Source: Amoebidium appalachense
Taxonomy: Eukaryota; Protista; Ichthyosporea
Assembly: GCA_963693365.1 (NCBI GenBank)
Contig: CAVNZM010000009.1
Coordinates: forward strand, 207,641-271,640
Length of the DNA: 64,000 bases
Direction of reading: 5' to 3'
Shown: in pieces, positions 63,990 through 64,000 of the stretch
How the letters are laid out: each line of letters begins with the position of its first letter
Numbering within the stretch: position 1 is the stretch's first letter
Notes under the pieces: model-generated
Database searches by the model: none
What the model saw: only the letters and a program-made list of their open reading frames with translations
What the model was told of the DNA's origin: nothing
Program-made: the position numbers and the translations under genes

Positions 63990-64000
63990 CTGCATGGGGT

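Overview
Eukaryotic, very intron-rich genomic DNA, probably from a unicellular opisthokont; the taxon cannot be fixed from sequence alone. Introns are packed with poly-C/poly-G runs and (CA)n/(GT)n microsatellites, so almost all ORFs in the supplied track are spurious. I spliced the genes by hand. In order: 3' end of cyclophilin PPIL1 (+), PCYT2 (+, 14 exons), a frameshifted LRR gene (-), a MINPP1-like histidine phosphatase with in-frame stops and frameshifts (+), RPS20 (-), an intronless type I membrane protein with a CBM-like domain (-), KTI12 (+), UMP-CMP kinase (-), a bacterial-type GH13 neopullulanase/cyclomaltodextrinase-like gene in about 17 exons (+), and the 3' end of an RGS gene (-). 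The main signals are: (1) a textbook AT-AC minor intron in KTI12 and a probable GT-AG minor intron in PCYT2; (2) one C/D snoRNA (yeast snR69-like LSU target) present in introns of two unrelated genes; (3) a ~380-bp structured, poly-C-flanked intronic element with degenerate relatives; (4) many 3' splice sites where (CA)n replaces the polypyrimidine tract; (5) a likely bacterial HGT that has been heavily intronised. Exon boundaries are manual and homopolymer lengths may be unreliable.
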